Shown in pieces: positions 21,251-30,509 of a stretch of DNA of 64,000 nt (within the stretch, counting starts at the first letter, position 1; the number at the start of each line of letters is the position of its first letter). The notes beneath the pieces are model-generated. The model saw only the letters and a list, made by a program, of their open reading frames with translations, had not been told where the DNA came from and made no database searches. A program made the translations under genes and the position numbers. Origin of the DNA: Negativicutes bacterium. Lineage in GTDB: Bacteria; Bacillota; Negativicutes; UBA1444. The stretch is from NCBI GenBank assembly GCA_963665275.2, contig CAXXIN010000013.1, forward strand, positions 1 through 64,000. The letters are read 5' to 3'.

Positions 21251-21400
21251 CTAAATCCCTCCCTATAAAGCTTCATGAGGCAATTGTATTCTTTATAGAG
21301 ATATGCAGGGTTAAAAGCGTGTTAAGTATATGTAAACTGAATCTTCTCGAAATAATACTAAGCTAGCTCCCGTGATCATTAATCAACCTTCCCTTCCTAT

Positions 21401-21452
21401 TAGAGAAAGCATCCACAATTTGCCCAAAGGCAAGTTATGGATGCTTTCTCTA
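21401..21452. repeat. Hairpin repeat copy 1 (terminator-like)
   Basis: AAAGCATCCA...AAGTTATGGATGCTTT; homologous to 24349-24399. Confidence 0.7.
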
Positions 21453-21490
21453 TAAAAATCGCTATTCTTTGCTACTATTTTACTCCAGTT

Positions 21491-21553
21491 GGTAATCCCG
21501 CCTGCCGCATCATCGGCAAGGATCGTGCGGACTTCTTTGATAGTTCCGCTACA
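21491..21553 (-). repeat. 63-bp fragment duplicated from inside the PSD-family gene
   Basis: Matches 15070-15133 with 3 substitutions and 1 indel. Confidence 0.9.
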
Positions 21554-21572
21554 CCAATCTCCATATCATAGA

Positions 21573-23158
21573 CTAACGATCAAACTCAATCTTCACCTCG
21601 AACATCCGGTTCCAGGGATGAGTAGCCCGCAACCCCTGAATGTTATATTCAGGAAAGTGTTTGCCAGCAAATGCTTTTAAACCTTCTGTCGTAGCCTCCT
21701 TCGATTTTGGGCCGCAAAGAACCCAAATCCACCGGACTGACGCCGCCGGGCTGCATAACATCCCGCTTCACAGCCTGACGAACGTTGGCTTGGTAAGCCC
21801 AGTCATCCAAGCAAGCGGACAAAGATCAGCCGTTCCCGGTCTTGGGGCGAAGTCAAGGCGGACAGAATTCCCTGAGAAATAGCGTAACCGGTGCTATTGC
21901 CGGCCGTATTCCAGCCGGCGTAAGCAGCCAACTTGGACAACAACTTCCGCTTTGGCAACCTCCGCCATCAACGAATTATCCGCCCCGTTGCTAAAAGCGG
22001 CATCATCCAGAGTTAGGCGTTTTCCCCTATCCAGATAGCCGGCCATCTCATCAACAAAAACCTTGACTTCCGGCCGTAAGTGCCTCCGTATTTTCAGGGA
22101 CAGCGGCTTCCAAAGTCACGCCGTTGAGCGGCATGCCGACCGCGATAATCAGATCGGCCCGCTCCGGCGCCGAAGTTTTGTAGCCGCCGGTAACCAGAAT
22201 GTTGGCGTCCAGCAACTCGCCGAAGGTATTGCCCTGATACGCCGGCACAGTCCGAGGAACCGGTTCCCGGGCTATAGAAAGCGTAAACAAAGGGAATTTG
22301 GCAGGTAAGGTCATTGACTGCCCGGGTTAAGAGAAGCATACCCGTTTCATCGGCCGAGGCAAAGTTAGCGTAGCGAGTGTTTGGGCAGAACTGCCCGTTA
22401 AGGCCGCCATATCCCGCACTTCTCTGTGGGACTGGCAATAAGGCCAGGAATCATCCCGTCCGATAATAAAATAGCGGAAAATTTCCTGGCCCGTCATTTC
22501 CAGCATTTTGATATTGGCCCGGTAATTTTTCCCCCGCCGATCCATCCAGTCCTTCAGGTCGGCCTGAGGAATGGCGGCGGTCAGTTGCTGCACTTCCTGC
22601 TGTTCCTCTTTGGCTAATGACCTTCCATTTCCTTCTTGTCCCACAAAGCAGTCAAACGATAAATCTGATAACCGTATTTTTCATAATAGGGCGCATCAGT
22701 CCCGCCGGCGCTATATTTGGGCGTCCGCATAATGGTGGAAAAGCCATAGACCGGGACACTGGGATTTTCCGTTTTAAACTCGGCAAATTTAGCTCACCCG
22801 GCGGGCAATGACGTCCTCGGAAATTTCATGACTCCGCGACGGGACCAGTCCCCCGTAAAGCAGGGAATCCGCCGACAATACCACGGCATCTGCTTCCCGG
22901 GCATGGGCGAAAACCCATTCCCATAATTTATCCGCATCCCCAGGAACGGCCCCGGGTAGACAAGAGTTCTACCGGGGGCGTCAATACTTCATAACCGGCC
23001 GCCTGCAAAGTATCCACAGTATATTGCAGGCAGACCGGCCGGTCATCGATGGGCACAAACAAAAACGTAGCGGCTGCCGCCGGGGCGGCGGTGAAAAAGC
23101 TTGGCAGCAACACCAACGCCAAGCCCCATACCCGCAGTTCTTTCCATATTTTTCTCAT
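21573..23158 (-). pseudogene. DUF4127-family secreted protein, multiply frameshifted
   Basis: FVPIDDRPV N-terminus, YGGLVPSR, IGRDD, YAGWNT and PWNRMFEV pieces in successive different frames. Confidence 0.75.
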
Positions 23159-23379
23159 GAGTCAGTACCTCCCCTACTTTTATCAACGTCTTTTGCGTAG
23201 ATCTCGCAATAGTTTAAAGCATCTCTTTCTGACCACAAACAATTAATTTTACCATAAAAATACAAAGTTCCTGCAAATTGAAAAGACATTTTACAGGAAC
23301 AAGGAAACTTAATGTAATCTGCAGAATATAATTTTGTGATACTCACGTTTATTGGCGCCAGGTAATTATTTATGAAGGA

Positions 23380-24291
23380 GTGGACGGAATGAAAAGAATG
23401 CTGGTGGTTGCTCTTGTATTAGCCTTTATGGTAAGCGTAGCGCCGTTCGCGGCGACCGCGTCAGCGGAAGGTCAAAAATTATCGGCCGAACAACTTAACC
23501 AGATTACAACGGAAATACTCAATACGCTGCGTGATGAGCCAACCGGCGGCCAAATAATTGCCAGAAGTGAGCTTGATGCGATGCTGGCTAAATACGCCCG
23601 CGGCATTTCCGGCGGCGGCATGATGTATACCAAGATAGCCAACGGTGATTTTGAAAAAAGAAACAACAAATGGGAACTGGGTAAAGAAGTGACCCGCATG
23701 GAAAACTGGGTGCAAATGGCAGGAGGCTCGAATCCCTCCATGCGCATGGAAATTTTAACTTTGGCGGGCGGAAACAAGCCTGTGGGAAATATTGACGTGA
23801 CCCTGATCAAATACGATGATAATTTCACCTATATGTACACATGGGTAAAGTGGGAAAAAGAAGGTACATTAATAAAAATTCCCAAACAATTCTTTAAAGG
23901 CCTTCCAGATCCGACGCAGCATAAAGTTCCCGAGGATAAGACTCCTGATGGAAAAGCAATTCTTTTCGACGACCAGACAGTAAACGAACAGCTTTGCAAG
24001 GTTTATAGTCGCACCGGCGCCAATCCCAAATTAGGTGATCCTCAATCAAGTTATCACTGGTTTTCCACAGATAAAGGATTTGATATTATCGACGCCTCAT
24101 ACCAGCGGGACGGCAACAAAATTAAGCAAAAATCAATGATTACCTTTGAACGGATTGGCAGCGGTCTGGACGCCAGTTTTTTCAATCCGCCTTCTGATGT
24201 AAACTTTAAAGAAAGTGGCCCTTCTAGTGATTCAGGCAAGCCTGAAGACAGCAATAAACCAAAAATGAAGTTTAATCCCTTTGGTTTTTAG
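23380..24291 (+). CDS. Secreted hypothetical protein, C-terminal LolA/DUF4412-like beta fold
   Basis: Signal peptide; VNEQLCKVY...WF...LDASFFNPP pattern. Confidence 0.65.
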   Translation: MDGMKRMLVVALVLAFMVSVAPFAATASAEGQKLSAEQLNQITTEILNTLRDEPTGGQIIARSELDAMLAKYARGISGGGMMYTKIANGDFEKRNNKWELGKEVTRMENWVQMAGGSNPSMRMEILTLAGGNKPVGNIDVTLIKYDDNFTYMYTWVKWEKEGTLIKIPKQFFKGLPDPTQHKVPEDKTPDGKAILFDDQTVNEQLCKVYSRTGANPKLGDPQSSYHWFSTDKGFDIIDASYQRDGNKIKQKSMITFERIGSGLDASFFNPPSDVNFKESGPSSDSGKPEDSNKPKMKFNPFGF

Positions 24292-24348
24292 GTGAGTGGC
24301 ATATCGTCTTTTCCGGGCTGCAATTTACTAAGACCAATAATGTACATT

Positions 24349-24399
24349 TAAGTAAAGCATCCATAACTTACCAAAAGTAAGTTATGGATGCTTTACTTA
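24349..24399. repeat. Hairpin repeat copy 2 (bidirectional terminator)
   Basis: TAAGTAAAGCATCCATAACTTAC-CAAAA-GTAAGTTATGGATGCTTTACTTA perfect arms. Confidence 0.75.
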
Positions 24400-24455
24400 T
24401 AAATATCGGTCCAACGGCGAAACTTATACTTTTATTATGTCTTTTAGAAGCAACA

Positions 24456-25295
24456 TTATATCATAGGATTAAAAATACTATTATCAACGCGTCCAAATCC
24501 GATGGGGAACCCTTCAAGATGCCAATATGAATCATAATAAGTGACCTTTTGGTGCTCACCTACCAACTCATTATGACATTTTATTAGAGAAGCAACTAAG
24601 TTTACATGCTCCCGTACTATTTCATCATTTAAAATTGTGTGAAAGGTTGGAAAGCCGATTGTCTTGAGATAGCTGTTATTGAATTTTACCATTTCAGGCA
24701 AGTGTACCACTATCATAATAAATCCATCATTTATGATAGTGCTGATAAGCTCAATTATCTCTGTATCTAAATCACTATAGTAACGGTTTTGTATTTCCCT
24801 TAGAGACAAAACAAACATTGAACAACTGTCATGCAACCAAGAATACCATGGCGTATTTTTTAGTGATGACTGCGAGGATGGTTTGTAAATATCCAAATAC
24901 TTTACGTTCGTTATGTATCGTTCCTCTAATAATGCACTTTCAGCCGATTTGTACTCAGTTTTAGGAAGCATATCGCCAGTAGCTGCATATATAGACATGA
25001 AAAAGGCATTATGGTTTTTTAAAATACTTCCAAGTTCACGTAATGCAACTAACTGCCGACGTTTTTGCTCTTTTTCTCTAATTACTTCTTGCACCCTATC
25101 ATACAAAGTTATTACTAAGATACTTCCAATTAAGCCAGACCCCATATTTAGCAGCCCGTTATTTAGCCACGATTGCGTATACTCGGTAAGATTTAACCAA
25201 TTAGGACAATATTGCTGATAATACGCAGCAAATAGCATTATAAAACCCAGAACCCCAATTCCTATAAGAATAAAACTAAAATAATTCGATAACAT
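24456..25295 (-). CDS. AT-rich hypothetical protein with two N-terminal TM helices
   Basis: Two hydrophobic segments then a charged helix; AAGGAG upstream; composition unlike the core genome. Confidence 0.7.
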   Translation of the reverse strand: MLSNYFSFILIGIGVLGFIMLFAAYYQQYCPNWLNLTEYTQSWLNNGLLNMGSGLIGSILVITLYDRVQEVIREKEQKRRQLVALRELGSILKNHNAFFMSIYAATGDMLPKTEYKSAESALLEERYITNVKYLDIYKPSSQSSLKNTPWYSWLHDSCSMFVLSLREIQNRYYSDLDTEIIELISTIINDGFIMIVVHLPEMVKFNNSYLKTIGFPTFHTILNDEIVREHVNLVASLIKCHNELVGEHQKVTYYDSYWHLEGFPIGFGRVDNSIFNPMI

Positions 25296-25351
25296 TTCGA
25301 TGTGTTTTTCTCCTTCTGTAATTCTTCTATATAGTCCTCATTATCCGAGAC

Positions 25352-25406
25352 GTTGCTAGGGGACGGGGTTGTACACAAAATGTCACCAACTCCGTTCCCA
25401 TGACAC
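25352..25406. repeat. Inverted pair of REP-like elements
   Basis: GGGGACGGGGTTG facing its near-complement CAACTCCGTTCCC, ending TGACAC; GC-rich islet in AT-rich DNA. Confidence 0.5.
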
Positions 25407-25425
25407 CCATCATTTCTGAACCATA

Positions 25426-26862
25426 TTATAACTTTTCAAGTAACAATCGCTCTAATTCAAGCATACTTAACAATGAGCGATGTACCACTTCTGGAGTTAC
25501 AAAAAGAATTCTTCCATGCATTAAGTCATTTCGTTCTTTATCCTGCCTTATTTTTGTTATTAGGCTATTTATCATTCTTGATTCAACTTTTGAAACTATT
25601 TTATGACTTAATAAAAATTTTGAGAAAGAAAAAACGGATGGTGGTTTCTTTGGTAAAGAATCTGGTATTTTAATTTCTTTATTTTCCGCGACAATAGGGC
25701 AAACTTCGCATATCCCTGCCCCTTCATAATATTTGTTGAAGTGCTCAACTATGTTATGTTTCTCACATAATTTATTCCCCAGGGATACCAACATAGCTTC
25801 AAAAGATGAGTTTATGTTATAGAAAGCCTCTGTTGGCAGACCATTCTGCAAGTTAATTTTCGCTGTGATTTCCAAGTTTTTGTATAGAGGCAATGGTTCT
25901 GTACCATTAAGATTTTGCATTAGTTCAGATATTTGGGGGGTGCTAAGAAAATTGATAGTGTTCACGACATCCGCTAAGGCATTTCCACCAAAGGACATCG
26001 CAATTGAAGACTTAATTTGTATACCTGCCCCAGTAAATAATGAAGTATGAAAATTTCCAATATGATTAATTACTACTCGTGAAATAAAAGAAGTCGGTTC
26101 AATGTTTAATATATATTGGTTAAACAAATTAATAACTTCTAAAGCTCTACCCATATTACTAAATTCATATCCTTGCATTTCAAGCGATGGTCCCTGCCAG
26201 TATCCATTGGTACTTGTTGACCCCTTCATACGAATTGTTAAATTCGTAAAGAACCGGTTACCAGCTAGGGATACAACATCATCTTTAAATTTATGCTTTA
26301 AAGTCACATTTATGGCGTTATAAATATTTGCCACTGGATAACTTCCCTCTGGTAGAGGGATAGCAAATGGCAATTCAAATGAATATTCATAATATGGAAG
26401 AAGTCCGTTTTCGAAGTCCGTAACTAAAGGTTCAAAAGATTCTATGAAGCCAAAAAAAATTTGTTTTTTCTCATCCGCTGCTAGATTTTTGATTCTATGC
26501 TTGATACACTCGCAAATTTCGATTAGTATTGGATCAAATTGCTGTTTGTCATTGAAATAGTAATACGTAAGACATTCTAAGTATCGTTCTAAATGGCAGA
26601 TAAACTGTTCTTCTGAGCAAGGCAATTCTTTAGATTGAAAAGGTACTATTTCAAAATACTTATCATAGAGTCTTTTTGCGTCATAATAACAGTCTAATTC
26701 ACTTGCGGAAAGTGCTGCATAAGAAATTGATAAAAGGAAAAAGGTAAATCTAGCACCGTTTTTAAACTTACTATCAAAATTGTTGTTGAGTACAGTTAAT
26801 CCTGCTTTCACTGATTCAATATATTTTTGAGTTTCCCAATATTTCAGAGCTGGTATATCCAC
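25426..26862 (-). CDS. AT-rich protein with C-terminal HEPN-like RxxxxH motif
   Basis: RNDLMH in a helical C-terminus; CEVC; probable GTG start 26862 after AAGGAG. Confidence 0.65.
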   Translation of the reverse strand: MDIPALKYWETQKYIESVKAGLTVLNNNFDSKFKNGARFTFFLLSISYAALSASELDCYYDAKRLYDKYFEIVPFQSKELPCSEEQFICHLERYLECLTYYYFNDKQQFDPILIEICECIKHRIKNLAADEKKQIFFGFIESFEPLVTDFENGLLPYYEYSFELPFAIPLPEGSYPVANIYNAINVTLKHKFKDDVVSLAGNRFFTNLTIRMKGSTSTNGYWQGPSLEMQGYEFSNMGRALEVINLFNQYILNIEPTSFISRVVINHIGNFHTSLFTGAGIQIKSSIAMSFGGNALADVVNTINFLSTPQISELMQNLNGTEPLPLYKNLEITAKINLQNGLPTEAFYNINSSFEAMLVSLGNKLCEKHNIVEHFNKYYEGAGICEVCPIVAENKEIKIPDSLPKKPPSVFSFSKFLLSHKIVSKVESRMINSLITKIRQDKERNDLMHGRILFVTPEVVHRSLLSMLELERLLLEKL

Positions 26863-26895
26863 ATTGTGCCACTCCTTTTTCATATGTTACTTACG

Positions 26896-26958
26896 ATAAT
26901 AGCAAAAGGACTCCCGCCAAATTTCTACAAAAATTAGCAGAAGTCCTTTTGCTATTAT
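26896..26958. terminator. rlmH terminator
   Basis: ATAATAGCAAAAGGACT...AGTCCTTTTGCTATTAT inverted repeat overlapping the rlmH stop. Confidence 0.8.
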
Positions 26959-27122
26959 AAATGATACTTCTCGCCCCGCGCGATCTTGAACGCCCTATAT
27001 ATCTGCTCCACGAGCAGCAGTCTGATCATCTGGTGGGTGAAGGTCATGCGGGAAAAGGAAAGACGCTCTCGCGGCCGCCGCAACCACCGCAGACGACAGC
27101 CCAAAAGCGCCACCGATCAAAA
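26955..27122 (-). CDS. rlmH: 23S rRNA m3Psi1915 methyltransferase, 3' exon (one extra base at 27073-27074)
   Basis: FLIGGAFGL then, after a +1 shift, [38 protein letters not shown]-stop. Confidence 0.92.
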
Positions 27123-29001
27123 ATCGAGTAGGAGGGGGCGGCGAGCCCCCGACCTCTCACACCACCGGACATGCGGGTCCGCATCCGGCGGTTCCCAAGG
27201 ATTGACGAAGTTTTCCATAGTGTGCAAGCAAACTCAACAGCCCTTGACGTTCCCAATAGGTAACGTCGAGGGCATTATTTGTGTTGCGGGGCCATGGCCC
27301 AGGGTCCCTTGCTGGATTTGGCCATCATCCACGCCGCCCACTCCGGTACGCCCAGCGCCCGGAGGTTTCGGAAACGTGTCCACGCCCTCTTCCATTGTTT
27401 CCAGAGGCACATGCGCAGTCGCCGCCGTAACCATTGGTCCAGTTCCCCGCAATGCTTCTTGGCCGATGCCACATGGAAATATCCAATCCAGCCCCGCAGA
27501 TACTGGTTAACCTGCCGGATTCTTTCTTCCATCGCCACGGACCATGTTCGGTTCGTGAGTTGTCGGATTCTCTCCTTGCAACGCTCCAGCGTCTTTGGCG
27601 CTAACCGGATGGTTCCCGCTTTGTCGTTCAAGAAACTAAAGCCAAGAAACTTTCGCTTCCACGGTCGGTCTACTGCACTCTTCTCCCGGTTTACCTTGAG
27701 TTTGAGCTTGCCTTCCACAAACCGGACCACCGATTCCATCACCCGAACTCCTGCCCGCCTGCTTCGCACGAACAAGTTGCAGTCGTCCGCGTAGCGGACG
27801 AACCGATGCCCGCGCCGCGCCAGTTCCCGGTCCAAGTCATCGAGCAGAATGTTCGACAATAGCGGACTCAACGGACCGCCCTGCGGCGTTCCCTCTGTTG
27901 TCCTACTTACTACGCCACATTCCATGACTCCGGCGCTTAAGTAACTGCGGATGAGTTTCAGAACTCGTTTGTCTCCCACTCTTCGCGCCACCCGCGCCAT
28001 CAACATGTCGTGGTTGACCCGGTCGAAGAATTTCTCTAGGTCCATGTCCACGACAAACCGATAGCCTTCCCGGATGTGTTCCTGCGCCCGCCGGATTGCG
28101 TCATGCGACCGTTTCCCCGGCCGGAAGCCGTAGCTTTCCGGGCTGAAGTAAGGATCGAATATCTGGGTCAGTGTCTGCAGAAGGGCCTGCTGGATCAGGC
28201 GATCCAATACGGTTGGGATACCCAGCGCCCGCGTCCCGCCTCCGGGTTTTGGAATGTCCACCCGTTTCACGGGTTGCGGCCGGTAAGTTCCCGTTCGGAG
28301 CTGTTCTTTAGTTGTTTCCCAGTTGGTCTGGAGATATCCCGCCAGTGTGGCGGTATCCATCCCGTCGACGCCGGGAGCTCCTCCGTTTTGTTTCACCCGC
28401 TGGTAGGCGCGTTTCATGTTTTCCCGCTCCAGCGTTTTCTCCAGCAGTTCACCAGGGTCTTCGCGAGAGGGCAGGTCCACTTGTGCCGGTGATGGGCTCA
28501 GCGCTCCGGCATACTTTTGCGGCTTCACCGCTACTTTTTGCCGTAAGCCTTCTTCTGAAGTTGGCTGCTGTAATTGCTCATCACGCGAACGCATAGTTTC
28601 CCTCTCTTTCTTTGGGTTCGGCCCTTCCGGCGCGGCGTCCCGCTCTCCGTACTATGGCCTCGGCTGACTCCTGCGATTTCAGCGCCGCCTCACGGCGGCG
28701 GTTGCCGACTCAGTCGGCGTGACCGCAGGCCTCCCCGGATAAGAACGTCATCTTTCCACTCATGCACCTGCCCAAGTTTACTGCTTCAGCCCTTGGCGGC
28801 TTCGGACTTCGTCTTCTCGTGCAGACTCGTCCGGCTGAAACAGCCTCAAATTGGGTTCGTATACCTCAGGTCGAGCATTTGCCTCCAGCTTCCTTCAGAT
28901 TCCGTCTCGCGACGGACACCCTTGCTCTTGGCTAACGGTAGGCGCTCGCCAGCCCCCGCTCGGGACTTTCACCCTATAGACGACGCCCATGCCGGGCGTA
29001 C
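27123..29001 (-). mobile_element. Group II intron, class IIC, 1879 nt
   Basis: 5' GTACGCCCGGCATGGG; domain V GAACCGCCGGATGCGGACCCGCATGTCCGGTGGTG with CGC triad; domain VI ending CTACTCGAT; RT ORF inside. Confidence 0.95.
27275..28594 (-). CDS. ltrA: Group II intron reverse transcriptase/maturase (no endonuclease domain)
   Basis: GAPGVDG, IPKPGGGTRALGIP, DLEKFFD, GTPQGGPLSP, RYADD, FLGF; native C-terminus probably continues to 27157 after an extra base in G4 at 27288-27291. Confidence 0.95.
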   Translation of the reverse strand: MRSRDEQLQQPTSEEGLRQKVAVKPQKYAGALSPSPAQVDLPSREDPGELLEKTLERENMKRAYQRVKQNGGAPGVDGMDTATLAGYLQTNWETTKEQLRTGTYRPQPVKRVDIPKPGGGTRALGIPTVLDRLIQQALLQTLTQIFDPYFSPESYGFRPGKRSHDAIRRAQEHIREGYRFVVDMDLEKFFDRVNHDMLMARVARRVGDKRVLKLIRSYLSAGVMECGVVSRTTEGTPQGGPLSPLLSNILLDDLDRELARRGHRFVRYADDCNLFVRSRRAGVRVMESVVRFVEGKLKLKVNREKSAVDRPWKRKFLGFSFLNDKAGTIRLAPKTLERCKERIRQLTNRTWSVAMEERIRQVNQYLRGWIGYFHVASAKKHCGELDQWLRRRLRMCLWKQWKRAWTRFRNLRALGVPEWAAWMMAKSSKGPWAMAPQHK

Positions 29002-29317
29002 ACGTGATGTCGCCGTGCCCGGCAGTACCGAGCGCGGCGATTTTTTTTGAAAGTTCTTCAGACGACAAGGGTTGCCCCACCACATCGAGCACGATGAGAT
29101 AGGTGGATGCCGGGACTTTTTTCAGCAGGCGTTCGCCTTCCGCCGCGAGAGTTTTGTCTTTCTCCGCAGGTGACGGATCATCCGGCATGCGTTCTTCATC
29201 GATCTCGATGATTTCCAGTTTGCAAAGAGGCCCCAGGCGTTTGACAAATTCACGGATGCCTTCCGTCAGGTATTTTTCTTTGATTTTTCCGACGGCAACG
29301 ATCCGAATTCTATTCAC
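29002..29317 (-). CDS. rlmH: rlmH 5' exon (105 codons + 1 nt)
   Basis: IVAVGKIKEKYL...EGERLL...SSEELS...GDIT; follows htrA as in other Firmicutes. Confidence 0.93.
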
Positions 29318-29320
29318 AGG

Positions 29321-30439
29321 CTACTCGTTGGGGATTTCGCTGAGTTGAGCCTGCGCCGTGAACTGACTGCCATTGCGAACAACCACCACAGGAACGGTAG
29401 CTCCCACGCCCTGCGCTTCAATGATCGAGCGCAGCTCAGCCAGACTATTCGTTTCCTGCCCCGCCAGCTTCAGAATGACATCTCCTACACGGACTCCAGC
29501 TCGGTCAGCCGGCGAATTTGCTACGATGCGGAACACATACAGGCCCTTTTCGATGTTCAGCTGATAGCCATAACGCTGCGCCGAACTCTTGTCGAACGCC
29601 ACCACGCCGAGATAAGGCCGGACCACTCGCCCTTTCTCGATCAGCGATTGAATAATCGGCTTGGCGGTATTAAAAGGGATGGCGAAGCCGATGCCCTCGA
29701 CGCCGCCCACCGCAATCTTGATGCTGTTGATGCCAACGACTTCCCCGTCAGCATTCGCCAACGCTCCGCCGCTGTTGCCGGGATTGATGGCCGCATCCGT
29801 CTGAATCAGGCGGAAGCGCCGTTCGCCGATATCCAGCGTCCGATTCAGCGCGCTGATAACACCGGCGGTCACGCTGCCCTGAAGCTCCAAGCCGAGCGGG
29901 TTGCCGACGGCAATCGCGGGTTCCCCCACTTGCAGGCTGTCAGAATCACCGAAACGAGCTGGTTGCAGCCCGGTCGCCTCGATCTTGACCACAGCCAAAT
30001 CCGTCGCCGGGTCAACGCCCTGTACCTTTCCCGGCACAGTCCGACCATCGGACAAGGAGACCACGATTTCCTGCGCCTCGGCCACCACGTGGTAATTGGT
30101 GACAATATGGCCGCTTGCGTCGTATATGACTCCGGAGCCGCTGCCACGTTCGACCAGCGTTTTGCGATTGAACATGTCACTGACATAGGCCTTGTTCGTA
30201 ATGCCCACAACCGAAGGGCCGACGATCTGAGCGGCCCGCACAATCGGGGTATTCCGGGCTGGCGAGAGGGCAGCTTTGGCTGTCGGGTTCACTACTTCAT
30301 TTTTCAGCGCAGATACCGCATCAGGCAAGGATTTTCCGATAAAAAAAGGTCCATATCCCAAAACCAACCCGCCGCCGATCACAGCGCCCAACAAAGCGAT
30401 GATCAGGACCGGTGCGTATTTTTTGTAAATCAATTTCAT
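29321..30439 (-). CDS. htrA: HtrA-family serine protease with PDZ domain
   Basis: TNYHVV, DLAV, QTDAAINPGNSGG, C-terminal PDZ. Confidence 0.93.
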   Translation of the reverse strand: MKLIYKKYAPVLIIALLGAVIGGGLVLGYGPFFIGKSLPDAVSALKNEVVNPTAKAALSPARNTPIVRAAQIVGPSVVGITNKAYVSDMFNRKTLVERGSGSGVIYDASGHIVTNYHVVAEAQEIVVSLSDGRTVPGKVQGVDPATDLAVVKIEATGLQPARFGDSDSLQVGEPAIAVGNPLGLELQGSVTAGVISALNRTLDIGERRFRLIQTDAAINPGNSGGALANADGEVVGINSIKIAVGGVEGIGFAIPFNTAKPIIQSLIEKGRVVRPYLGVVAFDKSSAQRYGYQLNIEKGLYVFRIVANSPADRAGVRVGDVILKLAGQETNSLAELRSIIEAQGVGATVPVVVVRNGSQFTAQAQLSEIPNE

Positions 30440-30509
30440 AGATATTCCTCCCTTTTGAAGAAAATTTTGTTGTGCGTGTCCAGTGTCTTTTCGGTAGAAC
30501 TCAAAGGGG

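Noticed and set aside
26955-26975. SCC-type short att repeat of the rlmH terminal codons
   Set aside because: No second GAGAAGTATCATTTATAA-like copy found; only a non-specific TTTATA is shared with the hairpin flanks
27275-28594. RT as a DGR, retron or Abi reverse transcriptase
   Set aside because: It lies within a full group II intron RNA with domains V and VI and has maturase features; the nearby duplicated fragments lack adenine-specific variation
28895-29001. ORF-track C-terminus CTPGMG... of the 140-aa rlmH ORF
   Set aside because: Read-through into the intron RNA, not genuine protein
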